From: Eledone cirrhosa
Lineage: Eukaryota
NCBI GenBank assembly: GCA_964016885.1
Contig: OZ024745.1
Span: 21,948,001 to 22,012,000, forward strand
DNA: 64,000 bases
Reading direction: 5' to 3'
The position numbers were made by a program, and so were the translations under genes. The notes beneath the pieces are model-generated. The model was not told where the DNA came from. It ran no database searches and saw only the letters and a list, made by a program, of their open reading frames with translations. Positions 41,123 through 55,264 of this stretch are shown here, piece after piece (within the stretch, counting starts at the first letter, position 1; each line of letters opens with the position of its first letter).

Positions 41123-41773
41123 TAAAATATATCTAAAATGTATATTTTAGAAAACGGAATGCTTCATGGAAAGTATTAGGTAGAGAGTATACTTCTATGA
41201 AAATATTCGTCTGAAGATATTAAAATGGATATCATTTTAAACAGTAAAATATTCTCCTCTAAGTAGTGCTACAATCCTTAAAAATCTGTTTTTCTTATAA
41301 AAACATAAATTTTAGAAGAAACATCAACTCTTTCTAGAAAGAACTTCAAAATAAGATTAAGACTTTATAAGTAACAATGTATTCGTTAAATATGATAAAT
41401 TAAAAATAATCAAACAAAATACTATACTGTTCTCAATTATTCGAAATCCTTATTCAACAGCAGCAAGGGGCCAAGTGATGCTGTTTGATTGTACATTTTA
41501 AATGCATTCCACGGAAATTGCCCCCTTCGTCTGTGGAGGATTAAATAGAGATGATGATTTGTTATTAATACTTAACATAAACTAACATAACTAGCAAACC
41601 TTTGATAGACTGCATGAAAGCCTTCTTAAAGTCTTTAATTTTACTGAAATTGAATTTCATTTGAAAACGGTCAGTTCTTTACTGTTGATTTGAACCTATA
41701 TACCTTATCATGCATCCTATAATGAAAACAAATAAAAAGCAATAAAATATAAATCATATAACTGCCCTGAACG

Positions 41774-41946
41774 TCGGTAGAGGGTCGGATGCCATGCTTT
41801 GCAGCAAAGAGTTACGGCCCTTTATGGTTTGAGTTCAAATCCCGCCGAGGTTAACTTTGCCTTTCATCCTTACGGGGTCGATAAAATAAAGTACCAGTAA
41901 TGCACTGGGATAATTGCTGGTCTTGTGCCAAAAGTAGAAACAATTA
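41774..41946 (+). mobile_element. SINE family A
   Basis: Diagnostic core and AGAAACAATT tail. Confidence 0.88.
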
Positions 41947-42004
41947 TTAAGAATTCAGTTATACACGTTTCTTTAAAACTAACAACTTCATCTACTGAAC
42001 AGAT

Positions 42005-42335
42005 GTTAATGGAGGGCACTCCGTCGGTTACGATGACGAGTGTTCCAGTTGATCCGATCAACGGAACAGCCTGCTCCTGAAATTAACGTGCAAGTGACTG
42101 AGCATTCCACAAACACGCCTACCCTTAAACGTAGTTCTCAGGGAGATTCGGTCTGACGCAGAATGTCACAAGGCTGGCCATTCTAATAACAAGTACAACT
42201 CATTTGCCAGCTAAGTAAACTGGAACAACGTGAAATAAAGTGTCTTGCTTAATGACACGGCACACTGCCGGGAATCGAACTAACGACCGTACTGTTGTAA
42301 GCCGAATTCCATTACCACAACGCCACGCGCTTCAC
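42005..42335 (-). mobile_element. tRNA-derived SINE related to family B, with a different 3' body
   Basis: Shares ACGTGAAATAAAGTGTCTTGCT and GGGAATCGAAC (reverse B box) with family B. Confidence 0.78.
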
Positions 42336-42831
42336 ATCTAACTATTACACAGAAGCCCTTACTAAAAATGGTTATACTGAAAAACAATTTAAAGACCCTA
42401 TTATCACCTGGCAAATATGAAATGGGAGGTGTGGAGTGGTATACATTTTACTCTAATACGCAAGTCGTTAAACTCTTTTTGAATGTCATGTATACCATTG
42501 TAGACGTCTTTATTTGTTTTAGATATATATCGCATGAATAATTTAGTTCGATAATTTAATTTAGTTTAATCCCACAGGAATTACTAATTTTCATATATTC
42601 ATAATTCCACCTTAAAATAATTATTTTGCTATTTTTCATAACTAATATCCCATGACATTCTTGAGCTTCGCATTTCTATTAATAAAGAAAACTGTTCAGA
42701 GACTGATTTAAAGGAATTTTTTACGTATATCATTTGTATGTCGCTTGACACTTGAATATTCACACGATCGAAATTTTTTATTTTTTCACTAAAAACCACT
42801 AATATTTTACTTAGATTGCTTTTAACTTGAC

Positions 42832-42874
<43 letters not shown>

Positions 42875-42882
<8 letters not shown>

Positions 42883-43388
42883 AAAACAATGAATAAAAAC
42901 AAAGAAACAGTTCCTTATATTAAAAAATTCATCATTTTACGATCGTTTCTAGGATATATATGTGTGTGTTGGTATGTATATCATATAGATCTATGTAAAA
43001 ATGTTACAAACTATCAGAGGGAATATACATACCTACACATATATATGCTGTCTTCAGAAATTATTTCTGAAGACAGCATATATATGTGTAGGTATGTATA
43101 TTCCTTCTGATAGTTTGTAAAATTTTACATAGATCTATATGATATACATACCAACACACACATATATATCCTAGAAACGATCGTAAAGTGATGAATTTTT
43201 TAATATAAGGAACTGTTTCTTTGTTTATATTCATTGTTTTTATTAATTTATCTTGACTCTGTTTTCCTGTGATTTTCATCGAAAAGAATTTGAATACATC
43301 TTCTCTTTTCATGATATTTGGATTACATTGAGTTCTTCATACGGATTGGACACTACCGTATATTTTGGTAGATTAATCTACATACATA
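42875..43388. mobile_element. Fold-back element family 6 (centre ~43060), hammerhead 43061-43191(+) with mirror copy on -
   Basis: 42875-43059 approximates the reverse complement of 43064-43250; homologous to 38680-39035. Confidence 0.88.
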
Positions 43389-43397
43389 TATATATAT

Positions 43398-43592
43398 AGG
43401 AAAAATGTTGACCCCGACGGCAGAGCTCAAGCCGCTCCGACGGCTATTTCAGTCCAGAAATACCCGTCGAAACGGCTTGAGCTCTGCCGTCGGAGTCAAA
43501 CTTTTTCTCTATTACCCACTCTACTACCCTAAGTATTGAGTACTCTGGTGCGCTATGGTCCATCTGGTTCATTACCAAACCTCCTTCGTTAT
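43398..43592 (+). mobile_element. TA-flanked hairpin element, same family as 38370-38530
   Basis: Fold-back 43399-43510 followed by the shared tail ATTACCCACTCTACTACCCTAAG...CCTTCGTTATA. Confidence 0.8.
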
Positions 43593-43937
43593 ATATATAT
43601 ATATATTGTTATACTTGGTGGTGGTGGTGGGGGGGGGGTCATATTGTTGTAATATTGCCAGAAATAATAAGAGAACACACTCACTGTTTGGTTGGTTTTC
43701 GCTTCTGTATCTTTTATATCTCCTCTCCATAGTTAATTTATTTGGCAATCAATGTTTATTATTGACTGACAAACGGTTAAAAATACAGATATAAATATAT
43801 ATATATATATATATAGTCTATCAAAGTTCTTTCGTTGCACACCTGCAACATCATCAATATGACCCCCCCCCCCCCCCCCCCCCAGTATAACAACATTTGT
43901 TTCGACACATGATTACATATAAAAAAAATCCTTGCAA

Positions 43938-44022
<85 letters not shown>

Positions 44023-44027
<5 letters not shown>

Positions 44028-44280
44028 TGTAATAAACAACATAAGGCAATTATTTCATTTACCAGTGGTTTCTTAAAAGCAAAAAAAATTTGCTATCAAT
44101 CATCAGAATGAAAAAATCCTGGTGTCATTCTGATGATTGAAAGCAAAATTTGTTTGCTTTTAAGAAACCACTGGTAAATGAAATAATTGCCTTATGTTGT
44201 TTATTACATAACTATTAAGCTCTGTTACCTACATAGAGCACTCTTTTTTCCTGGACCTTTCCGACGGAATTACTTCATTT
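44023..44280. mobile_element. Fold-back element family 7 with hammerhead 44125-44181(+)
   Basis: TCATT-CTGATGA-TTGAAAGCAAA..TTTGCTTTTAA-GAAA-CCACTGG-TA-AATGA; arms 44023-44111 and 44125-44213. Confidence 0.86.
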
Positions 44281-44349
44281 ATATATATATATATATATAT
44301 ATCAATTCCATCTTGCCCGTCCCCTCATTCTATTTTATTTCTCATTCTT

Positions 44350-44385
44350 TCTTCTGATGAAGGACTAGCGTCCGAAACGTTAAGA
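44350..44385 (+). ncRNA. Minimal hammerhead ribozyme (Penelope-type), in TA-flanked element 44302-44472
   Basis: TCTT-CTGATGA-aGGAC(tagc)GTCC-GAAA-CG-TT-AAGA; palindromic AACGTT. Confidence 0.85.
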
Positions 44386-44489
44386 CCCGCTTCCTGCTAT
44401 ATCAAGCGTTAACCTAATATATACCTTCCATATACTGTACCGATTGTGTTGTTATTTCTGTTTACCTTTTACATATATATATATATATT

Positions 44490-45398
44490 TCTCAATGTTT
44501 CCCCTCTTTACGTTGCCTCACCATTCCTGTTTGTTTACCTGTCTCTCTTTCTCCACCCAATTCTTTTTATCACAATAACTTATTTTAGTTTTTGTATCGC
44601 GCTAACCTGAGCTATCTGGTCTTTAATGTGAAGAAATACCTATGATGGCGAGTAGACCACTGATGATGGATAGTCCTGGCTTCTATTTCTAATTCTACAT
44701 AAGGACCTACCCTTATTGAGTGCTTTGCTAGCTCATTCCTATTGTAGGTCGACTTTGCTTTCCCACAGCCATGCTTCGATTTTACTAAGCTTCCACTTGT
44801 ATTATTTTCTCCTAGATTTAATAATCAACTAATTAATTTAATTGGACAATTCTGTTGATGAGTTAATTATTTGTGTTTCTTTAATAACACCTGGTTGAGA
44901 GCTTTTATTCAGAATGTTAGCGGAAATTATAATATTTCCTTTGTTAACACTTTGAATCTACCCGCCAAAAACCGGGGTTGCTTCCCTTGTTGGAAATAAC
45001 ACGTGACAACTAAGTGTTCGCTAGCTGCCTTCTAGCGGCCGCATTTAGCTTTTCCACTACGATTTATGGAAGAACGGAATCCCTGTTGAAGAAATGAATC
45101 CTCTGTTCGATCATGGAATACCACGAGCGTGCCTGTTACATAAGTTGGATAACTGATTTCGGATTCATAGAAACACTTTAAACGTATATCGTTTGATTTG
45201 TCCAGGTGTATCTTTTTAACCTGTTAGTTCTTTCGTTACTTTGGTATTGTGTAGTTAGGTTTTGCCTACCGCAATGTTCAATTTGTCAAGCTATTTAAAC
45301 GTATGTTATTACTCTTATTGAGTGCTTTGCTAACTCATTCCTATTGTAGGTCGACTTTGCTTGCCCACAGTCAAAGCTTCGATTTTACTAAGCTTCCA

Positions 45399-45401
<3 letters not shown>
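44490..45401. mobile_element. TA-flanked element with ~87-bp direct repeat (period ~602)
   Basis: CTTATTGAGTGCTTTGCTA...AAGCTTCCACTT occurs at 44712 and 45314. Confidence 0.7.
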
Positions 45402-45437
<36 letters not shown>

Positions 45438-45611
45438 AAGAATTAGAAATGTGTGTGTGTATGTTTATGTTCTGGATATTCATTTTTTTATATATATATA
45501 TATATATATTTTTTCCCCTATTTCCTTTTTGCCCGTTTTTTTCAGCCTCACTTTCATATTTCCTAAATTTTGTTTTAAAATCCATATTTAATAAAAACAC
45601 CATGTTATTTA

Positions 45612-45672
45612 TTCATTCTGACGACTGAAGACAGACACAACATCTACCTTCAAGAAACCACTGGTAAATGAA
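45612..45672 (+). ncRNA. Hammerhead ribozyme, family 7 variant with replaced stem II
   Basis: TTCATT-CTGACGA-cTGAAG..CTTCAa-GAAA-CCACTGG-TA-AATGAA; the downstream ~95 nt match 44182-44277. Confidence 0.82.
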
Positions 45673-45763
45673 ATAATTATCTTATGTTGTTTATTACATT
45701 ACTAATAAGCTATGTAGCCTACATAGAGCACTCTTTTTTCCTGTACCTTTCCGACGGAAATAC

Positions 45764-45934
<171 letters not shown>

Positions 45935-46022
45935 ATAATAATAAATTTTAAGACTAAAATCCAAAGAGGGTTCGATAAGGGTGAAAGCAGCGATTCTTTG
46001 CTTAAACTTTAATCTGTTATTT

Positions 46023-46163
<141 letters not shown>

Positions 46164-46205
46164 TTCATCCATACATATATATATATATATATATACACAC
46201 AAACA

Positions 46206-46289
<84 letters not shown>

Positions 46290-46349
46290 TATATGTATAT
46301 ATATGTATATACATATATATATATATATGTATATATATATGTATATGAA

Positions 46350-46381
<32 letters not shown>

Positions 46382-46604
46382 CAGAGATATTAATAATGAA
46401 AACAACAGGGGTCCAAAGCAACAACAGGGGTTCAAAGCCTTCTCCCCAATAATTATATATTTTCTCCGCAAACTACTAAAACATACATCTATTTGTATAT
46501 GTGTTACAATTAATGTGCATTTTATGTTTATCGCATAGCTAGTCGTATATGTACTTAAGAAAATACTGTGTATGTTCAACCGTTCAACAGATTGGCAGAA
46601 GTAT

Positions 46605-46647
46605 ACAGTCCTGATGAAGGATTATGACCCAGAAACATGTTGATTGT
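46605..46647 (+). ncRNA. Minimal hammerhead ribozyme
   Basis: ACAGTC-CTGATGA-aGG..CCa-GAAA-CATG-TT-GATTGT; palindromic AACATGTT; stem II is weak. Confidence 0.7.
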
Positions 46648-46894
46648 TCCTCAATGCCAGTGTTCAACAAACGGAGGACGATTTGTCATCGGCAAGGCAC
46701 AGCTTTAATCGGGCCATTTGTTTACAAACGAACCGAATATTATTAATGTTATTCGATATAAACCATACGTGTATATGTATATGTATATATGTATGTGTTC
46801 ATATATATATGTGTGTTTGTGTGTATATATATATATGTGCGTGTGTGTGTGTACGCATGCATATTTACACACACAGACACCCACATACACACAC

Positions 46895-46946
<52 letters not shown>

Positions 46947-47091
46947 ATATTAATAAATGGAAACTATATTTATAAAACTATACATAAACCTCTGCATATA
47001 TATATATATATATATCCTGATGTCTTCCAAAAGTAACGGTTGCATTTTGAAAGGGTACGTCAATGTTTATTTATAAAACTGGTATACATTG

Positions 47092-47156
47092 TATTTTGTC
47101 TGATGAAGGCATACCATAATTTAACTTGGTATCCTTGAAATATGTATAATGAAATA
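47092..47156 (+). ncRNA. Hammerhead ribozyme (family 10; element ~47015-47197)
   Basis: TATTTTGT-CTGATGA-AGGCATACCA..TGGTATCCTT-GAAA-TATGTA-TA-ATGAAATA. Confidence 0.8.
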
Positions 47157-47195
47157 AATATGGTTTTATAAATATAGTTTCCATTTGTTAATATC

Positions 47196-47235
<40 letters not shown>

Positions 47236-47410
47236 AAGATGAATATAAAATGAAAGTGCTTTTATAAAGGAATTTATTAGGTATTGACATATGTTTCTGT
47301 AACAGACGGAGTACCTATGTATCGCTGCTTGCGTAATCATATAATGTTAGCAAGTATTCGATAGCAAATGTATAATCAGTTGTCACTTCTTCAACCTGAT
47401 AACCTGAAAT

Positions 47411-47444
<34 letters not shown>

Positions 47445-47446
47445 AT

Positions 47447-47630
47447 AATTGTTTCTACTTTAGGCACAAGGCCAGCAATTACCCAGTACATTACTGGTAC
47501 TTTGTGTTATCGACCCCGTAAGGATGAAAGGCAAAGTTAACCTCGGTGGTATTTGAACTCAGACTGTAAAGGGACGTAACTATGCTAGAAAACATGGCGT
47601 CCAACCCTCTACCGAACTGCCAATTCACCG
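47447..47630 (-). mobile_element. SINE family A
   Basis: Diagnostic core. Confidence 0.88.
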
Positions 47631-48077
47631 AATATTATTTATAGTTAATATATATATACACTATATACAACTATAAAGAGGTAAGGTCAGTAATTTATTA
47701 CTACTTTATTACCAGTAAGAAAAATAGCTCAATGTAAATACATCTGATGTTTTACAGAGCAGGAATATAAATTAGACAATAATCAAAACTATGTCCAAAT
47801 CCGAACATAGTTTTGATTATTGTGTAATATATATATATATATATTCGTGTGTATAATGGCGGTGTGCCAAAATTAGCACTCAATATTCTTACAGGGCAGA
47901 GTGTGAATAGAATAAAAAATGAAAAATCAGTGATGCATCTGGACTCAGTTTATTGCGTGCTACAATTGTTTCGCCGGCAGGTAGCTCGAGACATGATCAC
48001 TGTATGGATCTGGCTGATTCTACGGCTGCAGGTTCCTTCGGATACATGCAATTCTTTTTTTTTTTTTATACTATATA

Positions 48078-48133
<56 letters not shown>

Positions 48134-48150
48134 TATATATATATATACAT

Positions 48151-48444
48151 TATATTAATAAATGGAAACTATATTTATAAAACCATAATTACTTTATTAT
48201 ATATATTTCAAGGGCAACCAAGGCAAATTTTGGTACGCTTTCATCAGATAAAATATATAATTTGTTTTATAAATTTTGACATACCCGCGAAAGAACAACC
48301 TTGTCGGTTGGGAGTTCACTGGATAGTCAACATTCATAAAACAAATTTTGTATTTTATCTGATGAAAGCGCACCAAAATTTGCCTTGGCTGCCCTTGAAA
48401 TATATATAATAAAATAATTATGGTTTTATAAATATAGTTTCCAT
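48151..48444. mobile_element. Fold-back element family 10, hammerhead 48351-48416(+) with mirror copy on -
   Basis: Arms ~48162-48282 and ~48325-48444 are reverse complements. Confidence 0.87.
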
Positions 48445-48612
48445 GTAGAGAGTCGGACACCATGCTTTGAAGCATAGAGTTACGTCCCTTTATGATCTGA
48501 GTTCAAATCCCGCCGAGGTTAACTTTGCCTTTCATCCTTACGGGGTCGATAAAATAAAGTACCAGTAATGCACTGGGTAATTGCTGGCCTTGTGCCAAAT
48601 GTAGAAACAATT
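48445..48612 (+). mobile_element. SINE family A abutting the family-10 arm
   Basis: Diagnostic core and tail. Confidence 0.87.
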
Positions 48613-48709
48613 AATATAATGAATATTTACTCCATTAAATTGTCGAGTGCTTTATATCAGTTATAAAACTTTTAAGTTTGTTGAATTCCAACAAATTAAA
48701 TATAACCTT

Positions 48710-48773
<64 letters not shown>

Positions 48774-48925
48774 CCGTAATTCTCTCTATAATGCTTTTCT
48801 GTCTCTAGTTTTCTGTGGGGGTTCTATCCATAAGTTTGTTGTTTGTTCTTTTTCTGATTTCTATCTCCATCCTTCTCTCTGTCACTTTCTTTCAATCTTT
48901 GCCTCTATTTCTCTCTTTATCCATA

Positions 48926-49030
<105 letters not shown>

Positions 49031-49074
49031 TATATATTAGTAAGAATATTTTCGAAACAGCGAGTGGGTTTGAA

Positions 49075-49305
49075 ATTATTAGAAATGTAAGCTATCGCCG
49101 TATTTTGACTAAAGAAATTAAAGAAATTATTTAGCCTGATGGTCGGGTTAAGTTATAGGGTTAAGAAATGGAAAAATATGAGTATTGACGTACATGTACG
49201 TCAATACTCATCTTTTTCCATTTTTGTGAGGGTTCTTAACCCCACTATCAGGCTAAATAATTTCTTTAGTCAAAATACGGCGATAGCTTACATTCCTAAT
49301 AATAA
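49075..49305. repeat. Fold-back element centred on GACGTACATGTACGTC (~49195)
   Basis: 49075-49194 approximates the reverse complement of 49195-49302; followed by a SINE A 3' fragment at 49306-49380. Confidence 0.85.
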
Positions 49306-49697
49306 TAATTGTTTCTACGTTAGGCACAAGGCCAGCAATTACCCAGTGCATTACTGGTACTTTATTTTATCGACCCCGTAATTCCTAATAATAATAATAG
49401 TATATATATATATAGTAATAATAATAAATTTGAAGACTAAAATCCCAAGAGGGCTCGATAAGGGTAAATATATATCAAATATATAAGAACCGTAGAGCAA
49501 ATATTTATTAAAATAACAGATTAAAGTTTAAGCAAAGAATCGCTGCTTTCACCCTTAACGGGATCTTCTGAAACTAACAAAGTCAATCTGTAAACGCAGA
49601 ACTGGATATTTCAAAAAACGTTGCAACCGGAGGAAGACAGGAAGACGATACTTTGGTTCGTGGAAACCTTCCCTGGCAAATATATATATATATATAT

Positions 49698-50020
49698 AGT
49701 AAAATAAAACAAGGACGATTGCTTACTCCTTCATTACGTTTATTGGTTGGTGACGCGCGTTTTGCCACTGATCAGCTCAAGGTTCGATCTGTATCGATCT
49801 AACCAGACTCTGATATCCGCGGCTCGTCAGACCCATCAAAATGGTAATGAAAACATTTTTTCTTTTGCATTACCATTGTAAGGGGTCTGACGAGCCGCGG
49901 GTTACAGAGTCGGGATAGATCGATACAGATGGAACCTTGAGCTGATCAGTGGCGAAACGCACGTCACAAACCAATAAACGTAATGAAGGAGTAACCACTC
50001 TTCCTTGTTTTATTTTCCAA
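49698..50020. mobile_element. Fold-back element family 11 with hammerhead 49885-49967(+)
   Basis: GT-CTGACGA-GCCGC..GTGGC-GAAA-CGCACG-TC-AC; the minus arm has ACGCGCGT in stem III. Confidence 0.82.
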
Positions 50021-50139
50021 TACCACTCTCTGTCTATCTCTACACCTCGACACTGAAGTGAACCTAAATATCGAGTGCTCACCCGGGTGAACCTACAGTA
50101 ACTCCGCGTTACACTCCCTGGATATATATATATATATAA

Positions 50140-50775
50140 TGCGATTCTCGCTGAATTTATATTTGTATTAATCTCCCGTGTTTTACAATTAACCTGTTAA
50201 TAATTCTATTGACAGATTAATTGCATAAGTTTATTTTAAAACTACCTGGTTGAGTGCTTATTCGATTTGTGCTATTTATGTAATTTATTGCATGATTTAC
50301 ACACACTGAATTCATTTCACAAAATCTGGGGTTTTTCCTCTTGTGAGTTGCGCATGTGCTTTTACAAAGCTCTGCGTCATTCACAAAGTTTGCGCAGAGC
50401 AAAATACCTGTTGATAACGTGATATTCCTTGTTCGATCATTATACCAAAAGCTTATAGTTTTAAGCAGACAGTACTATTGATTTATGTGTCATAGAAACG
50501 CTGCATCTGGATTTTACCATCATTTCCAATGGGTCCAGGTCGGTTATATATGTGTATATGTATATATATGATTTTATCATTTATTTTGTTTGACCTGTTT
50601 AGCTTGACTTGTTTTTTGGCTTAGGTGGTTAATGCCTTCTTGACCACTTTTTCAGTTTTGTATTGTTTAGCTCTGGTTTTTTAACTATGGAGCGCTTGCC
50701 AGCATAACTCTGGTTTTGCGTTTCGTTTCGCTTTTTCTACCCGCCGAAATGTTATTCTCGCTGAATTTATATTTA
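50140..50775. mobile_element. TA-flanked ~630-bp element with 21-bp terminal direct repeat
   Basis: ATTCTCGCTGAATTTATATTT occurs at 50144 and 50754; the 3' 200 bp recur inverted at 59262-59505. Confidence 0.65.
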
Positions 50776-50789
50776 TATATATTTATATA

Positions 50790-50842
<53 letters not shown>

Positions 50843-50939
50843 ATATATACATACATATAAATATATATATATATATACATATACATAAATATATACATAC
50901 ATATATGTCTGTGCATATATATATATATATATATAATAC

Positions 50940-51014
<75 letters not shown>

Positions 51015-51238
51015 TCTCTCTTTCCCACTCAGCTTTCTCTGAATTTCTCATAATCTATTTTGTGTCTTTGTTTTAGTTTCTTTCAGTCTCTCTAACTGAT
51101 TTCAATGTCTTTCTTTTCTCTTTCTCTGACTCTGTCACATTCGGTCTTCTCTCTTTCTCTATCCCCGTCTCTCTCTCTCTCTGTCTCTCTCTCACTCTAT
51201 CTCCCTCTCTCTCTATCTATCTCTCTATGTGTCTATCT

Positions 51239-51299
<61 letters not shown>

Positions 51300-51372
51300 T
51301 GTCTCTCTTTGTCTCTCTCTGTCCATCCCTCTCTCTCTCTCTATGTGTCTCTCCACTCACTCTCTCTCTCTA

Positions 51373-51453
<81 letters not shown>

Positions 51454-51579
51454 CTCTCTCTATCTATCTATCTCTCACAATATATATCTCTGTCTTGCTT
51501 CCATCGTTCCACTGGGAAGTAAAACCATTACCGCAGCTGCATCTATAGCGACATGAAGTACCTCAAGATTAATTTAGCA

Positions 51580-52990
51580 CCATGAACACAACTATTACCA
51601 CTCCCACCATCTCTTCAACTACCACTTCTACCACCTTACCTAATACTACCACCACCTCCTCACCTACCACTTCTATCATCTTACCTAATACTACCACCAT
51701 CTCTTCACCTACCAACACGACCTCGCTCACCGACACCACCACCACCACAACCATTACCACCACCACCTCACCCACCAACACCACCACCACCACCACAACC
51801 ACCTCGCCCAACAACACCACCACCAACACCACTACCTCACCCACCAACACCACCACCTCGCTCACTAACATCACAACCACAATCACCACCACCACCACCA
51901 CCACCATTACCACCACCACCACAACCACCACCACAACCGCTACCACCACCACAACCATTACCACCACAATCACATCTACTACCACCACCACGACAACCAC
52001 TACCAACACCACAACCACCACAACAACAACAATCACGACCAACACCACTACCACCACCACCACCTGCACAACCACTACCACCACCACCACCATCACCACC
52101 ACCACCACCAGTACCACCACCACAACCACTGCTACAGCCACCACCGTCACCACCACTAACACATCGACACCTGCGGTTACCAGCATCAAGATCAACATCA
52201 CTACCATCAACATCATCACACTTGACGACACACAACCAGCCACCAATACCATCGTTGCCGCTAAACTAGAGGTAATTACGATGACACCCGCTGCTACAAG
52301 CACCACTGTAAACAATATCACCTGCACCATCTCAACTACCATCACTACCTCCACCATCACCACCTCTACCATCACCACCTCCACCATCACCACCTCTATC
52401 ATCAACACCTCCACCATCACTACCTCCACCATCACCACCTCTATCACCACCATCACCACCATCACTACCTCCACCATCACCACCTCTACCATCACCACCT
52501 CTACCATCCCTACCTCTACCATCACCACCTCTAACATCAACACCACTACCATCACAACCCCTACCATCACCACCATCACCACATCACCACCTCTACCCTC
52601 AAACCACCATCAACACCTCTACCATCACCACCATCACCACCTCTACCATCACCACCATCACCACCTCTACCATCACCACCATCACCACCTCTACAATCAC
52701 CACCTCTACCATCACCACCTCTACCATCACCACCATCACCACCATCACCACCTCTACCATCACCACCGCTACCATCACCACCATCACCACCATCACCATC
52801 ATCACCACCTCTACCATCTCAACTACCATCACTATCTCCACCATCACCACCTCTACCATCAACACCATCAACACCATCACCACCATCACCACCATCACCA
52901 CCTCTACCATCACCCCCTCTACCATCACCACCATCACCACCATCACCACCTCTACCATCACCACCTCTACCATCACGACCATCACCTGCT
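51580..52990. repeat. Degenerate ACC/ATC low-complexity tract
   Basis: Directly visible; source of the poly-T/H ORF. Confidence 0.88.
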
Positions 52991-53339
52991 GTCACAGTTA
53001 TCAACGTGTGAAAGTATATATTTTCCTTATTCATATTAACGGCTGAGCAGCCTAATTTGCATATCGAGTTAGTTAGTCGTTTCAGACGTTCAATCATCTG
53101 GCACGAAGGTATACAATGCTGACGATAGCTAATAAGCTTGAAACTAGTACATCGTTCCTTTGTCAGTGTTGAACAAAAGGGCAACGATGGTTGCTAAACA
53201 CTGTACGGCTGTTTGTTTACAAACAAACCGAGCATTATAATAAATATTCGGTAAACCCATACGTACATATATATATGTGTGCATGTATGTATACATACTA
53301 CTGTACGTCTGTATACATATATGTATGTACGTATACATA

Positions 53340-53382
<43 letters not shown>

Positions 53383-54287
53383 TGCACACACTCATTCCGT
53401 CTATGTAAAAAAGACCTGCAGAGGAGACGAATTCCGTCAGGTTTAAAATGACTCACGCACAATGTATGTCGCAAAAGAGCCCTTACGACCCGATCAGGAA
53501 TTACGTATCTATCCATACATACATACTTTATCTGAAAAGACGGGTATGTTACTACTGAAATATCTTTTAGCCCAGGTTAGTTTAAAGAGGTCTGATCTAA
53601 GGCTGAACAATAATCTTCTCAACTGTCTACCACTACAACTACCTTCACTGCAACCAAAGGACTGTGTTCCGCATCACATTAGACAATATCAAATTTACAT
53701 GACTCAATGAGAAATCCACTACGTGGTTACTTTATTCGTTAGAAATAACAGCAAAGTATCCTTGAAATCACGCCTTATATAAATGGTAACATCAAAAATA
53801 AAAGAAAGAACAGACTGGATGATGTCGTCGTCCAAGATCCCTGTAAAAAGATGAGTTGATCACAGGTTGACTCAGTCAGGGCCCCTTAGATGATACAACA
53901 ACAACAAATTTACTGCTGCTCAATAGACCTCAATAAATTTCCTACTCTTTCTAGAATAGAGACCATGTGGCTCCAATTAACAATTATATCCTTTAAGTCG
54001 TCTAGGATCAAAATATTTGTGTTTCCTATTTTACTAAAATCATAAGTGTGTCCCATATTTGAATATTTACTATTCTCATATCTGGAAATATGCAGCTGCT
54101 CACCACACATAAACATCCTATTCTACATTCACAAAATATTAACCAATTCATTAAAACCCACAAACAGAATACTAAGTCTCTTTAACTGTTCTATCGCAAC
54201 TGTTATATCTCTTTCAGTTATGATGATTTGGTAAGGTTGTGTACTAACGTTTAGTAGGTAGAATCTCTTTCACCAGGGTATACATAC

Positions 54288-54323
<36 letters not shown>

Positions 54324-54325
54324 AC

Positions 54326-54362
<37 letters not shown>

Positions 54363-54387
54363 CATACACATACACCCCCCCCCCCCC

Positions 54388-54432
<45 letters not shown>

Positions 54433-55154
54433 CTAGCTAAACTACCCGTCCTTTGGACGGTTCAAGTAGCTTTCGATGTAGCTCATTAAACTAAACAAAG
54501 TAAATTTGAATACATAGAAGAAAAACGTACTTTATGTAAACATGAAAAGCTTAGGCACTATTCCAGCGAAATAATTAATATGTAAGCTCGGTGTCATCCG
54601 TTATACCATGTAATAACAGAAATCCAGTCTAGGTATGCATTTTTTTGACAACAGTAAAAGCGCATCATGAAATAAAGAAGTGAAGTGAATAATAGACAAA
54701 TTATGTACAAAGCATAATATTGTAAAAGTTATGACAACACTTAATGTATGAACATCAAGCTTGAAACGATAAATTATACAATGTCAAATCTATAACTTAA
54801 CTTGGTAATCTGTTAGACATTGCTGGTTGTGAAATATACAAAATGATATTGTTAGTCTCAAGGAAGCGTACCTTTTGTTTCAAGTACAAAGAGTAAATTA
54901 AAATCCGAATGAGGCGAATTACGAAAGGATAACTCTTGCCTTACTTAATCACGAAAATTGACAGAAATAACCGAAAATTTTTCATGTCCCCAAAGGCCCC
55001 AATATCGATTTTTGAAAGCCTTTGTAGATCATGTACAGGTTTTGTGCAAGGAGAAGCTCGGTAAAAAATTTCAAAGAAATTGCATGAAAGCCCTCATTAA
55101 AAATTGTCCATACGCACACACATACAGAAAACTTCGTCTTTATATATATACAGA
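54433..55154 (-). mobile_element. Non-autonomous Helitron (~720 bp)
   Basis: On the minus strand: A|TCTGTATATATATAAAG 5' end, subterminal hairpin CCGTCC-AAA-GGACGG (54446-54460), 3' CTAG|T; AT target site, no TSD. Confidence 0.8.
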
Positions 55155-55264
55155 TATATATATAACCAAAGATTAATATGGTTCATTGATTACTCAATGA
55201 ATACTGCCAATACTTGAATTGAAATATCAAGACCGTAGAGGTATGTCATATATCAAATCATATA

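Noticed and set aside
44659-44700. Hammerhead at CTGATGATGGATAG
   Set aside because: No GAAA after the putative stem II; at best decayed.
49130-49180. Hammerhead in the 49195 palindrome
   Set aside because: The core reads CTGATGG/CTGATAG in the two arms and stems I and III cannot be formed convincingly.
51569-53039. Thr/His-rich 485-aa ORF
   Set aside because: Degenerate ACC/ATC low-complexity DNA, open on both strands.
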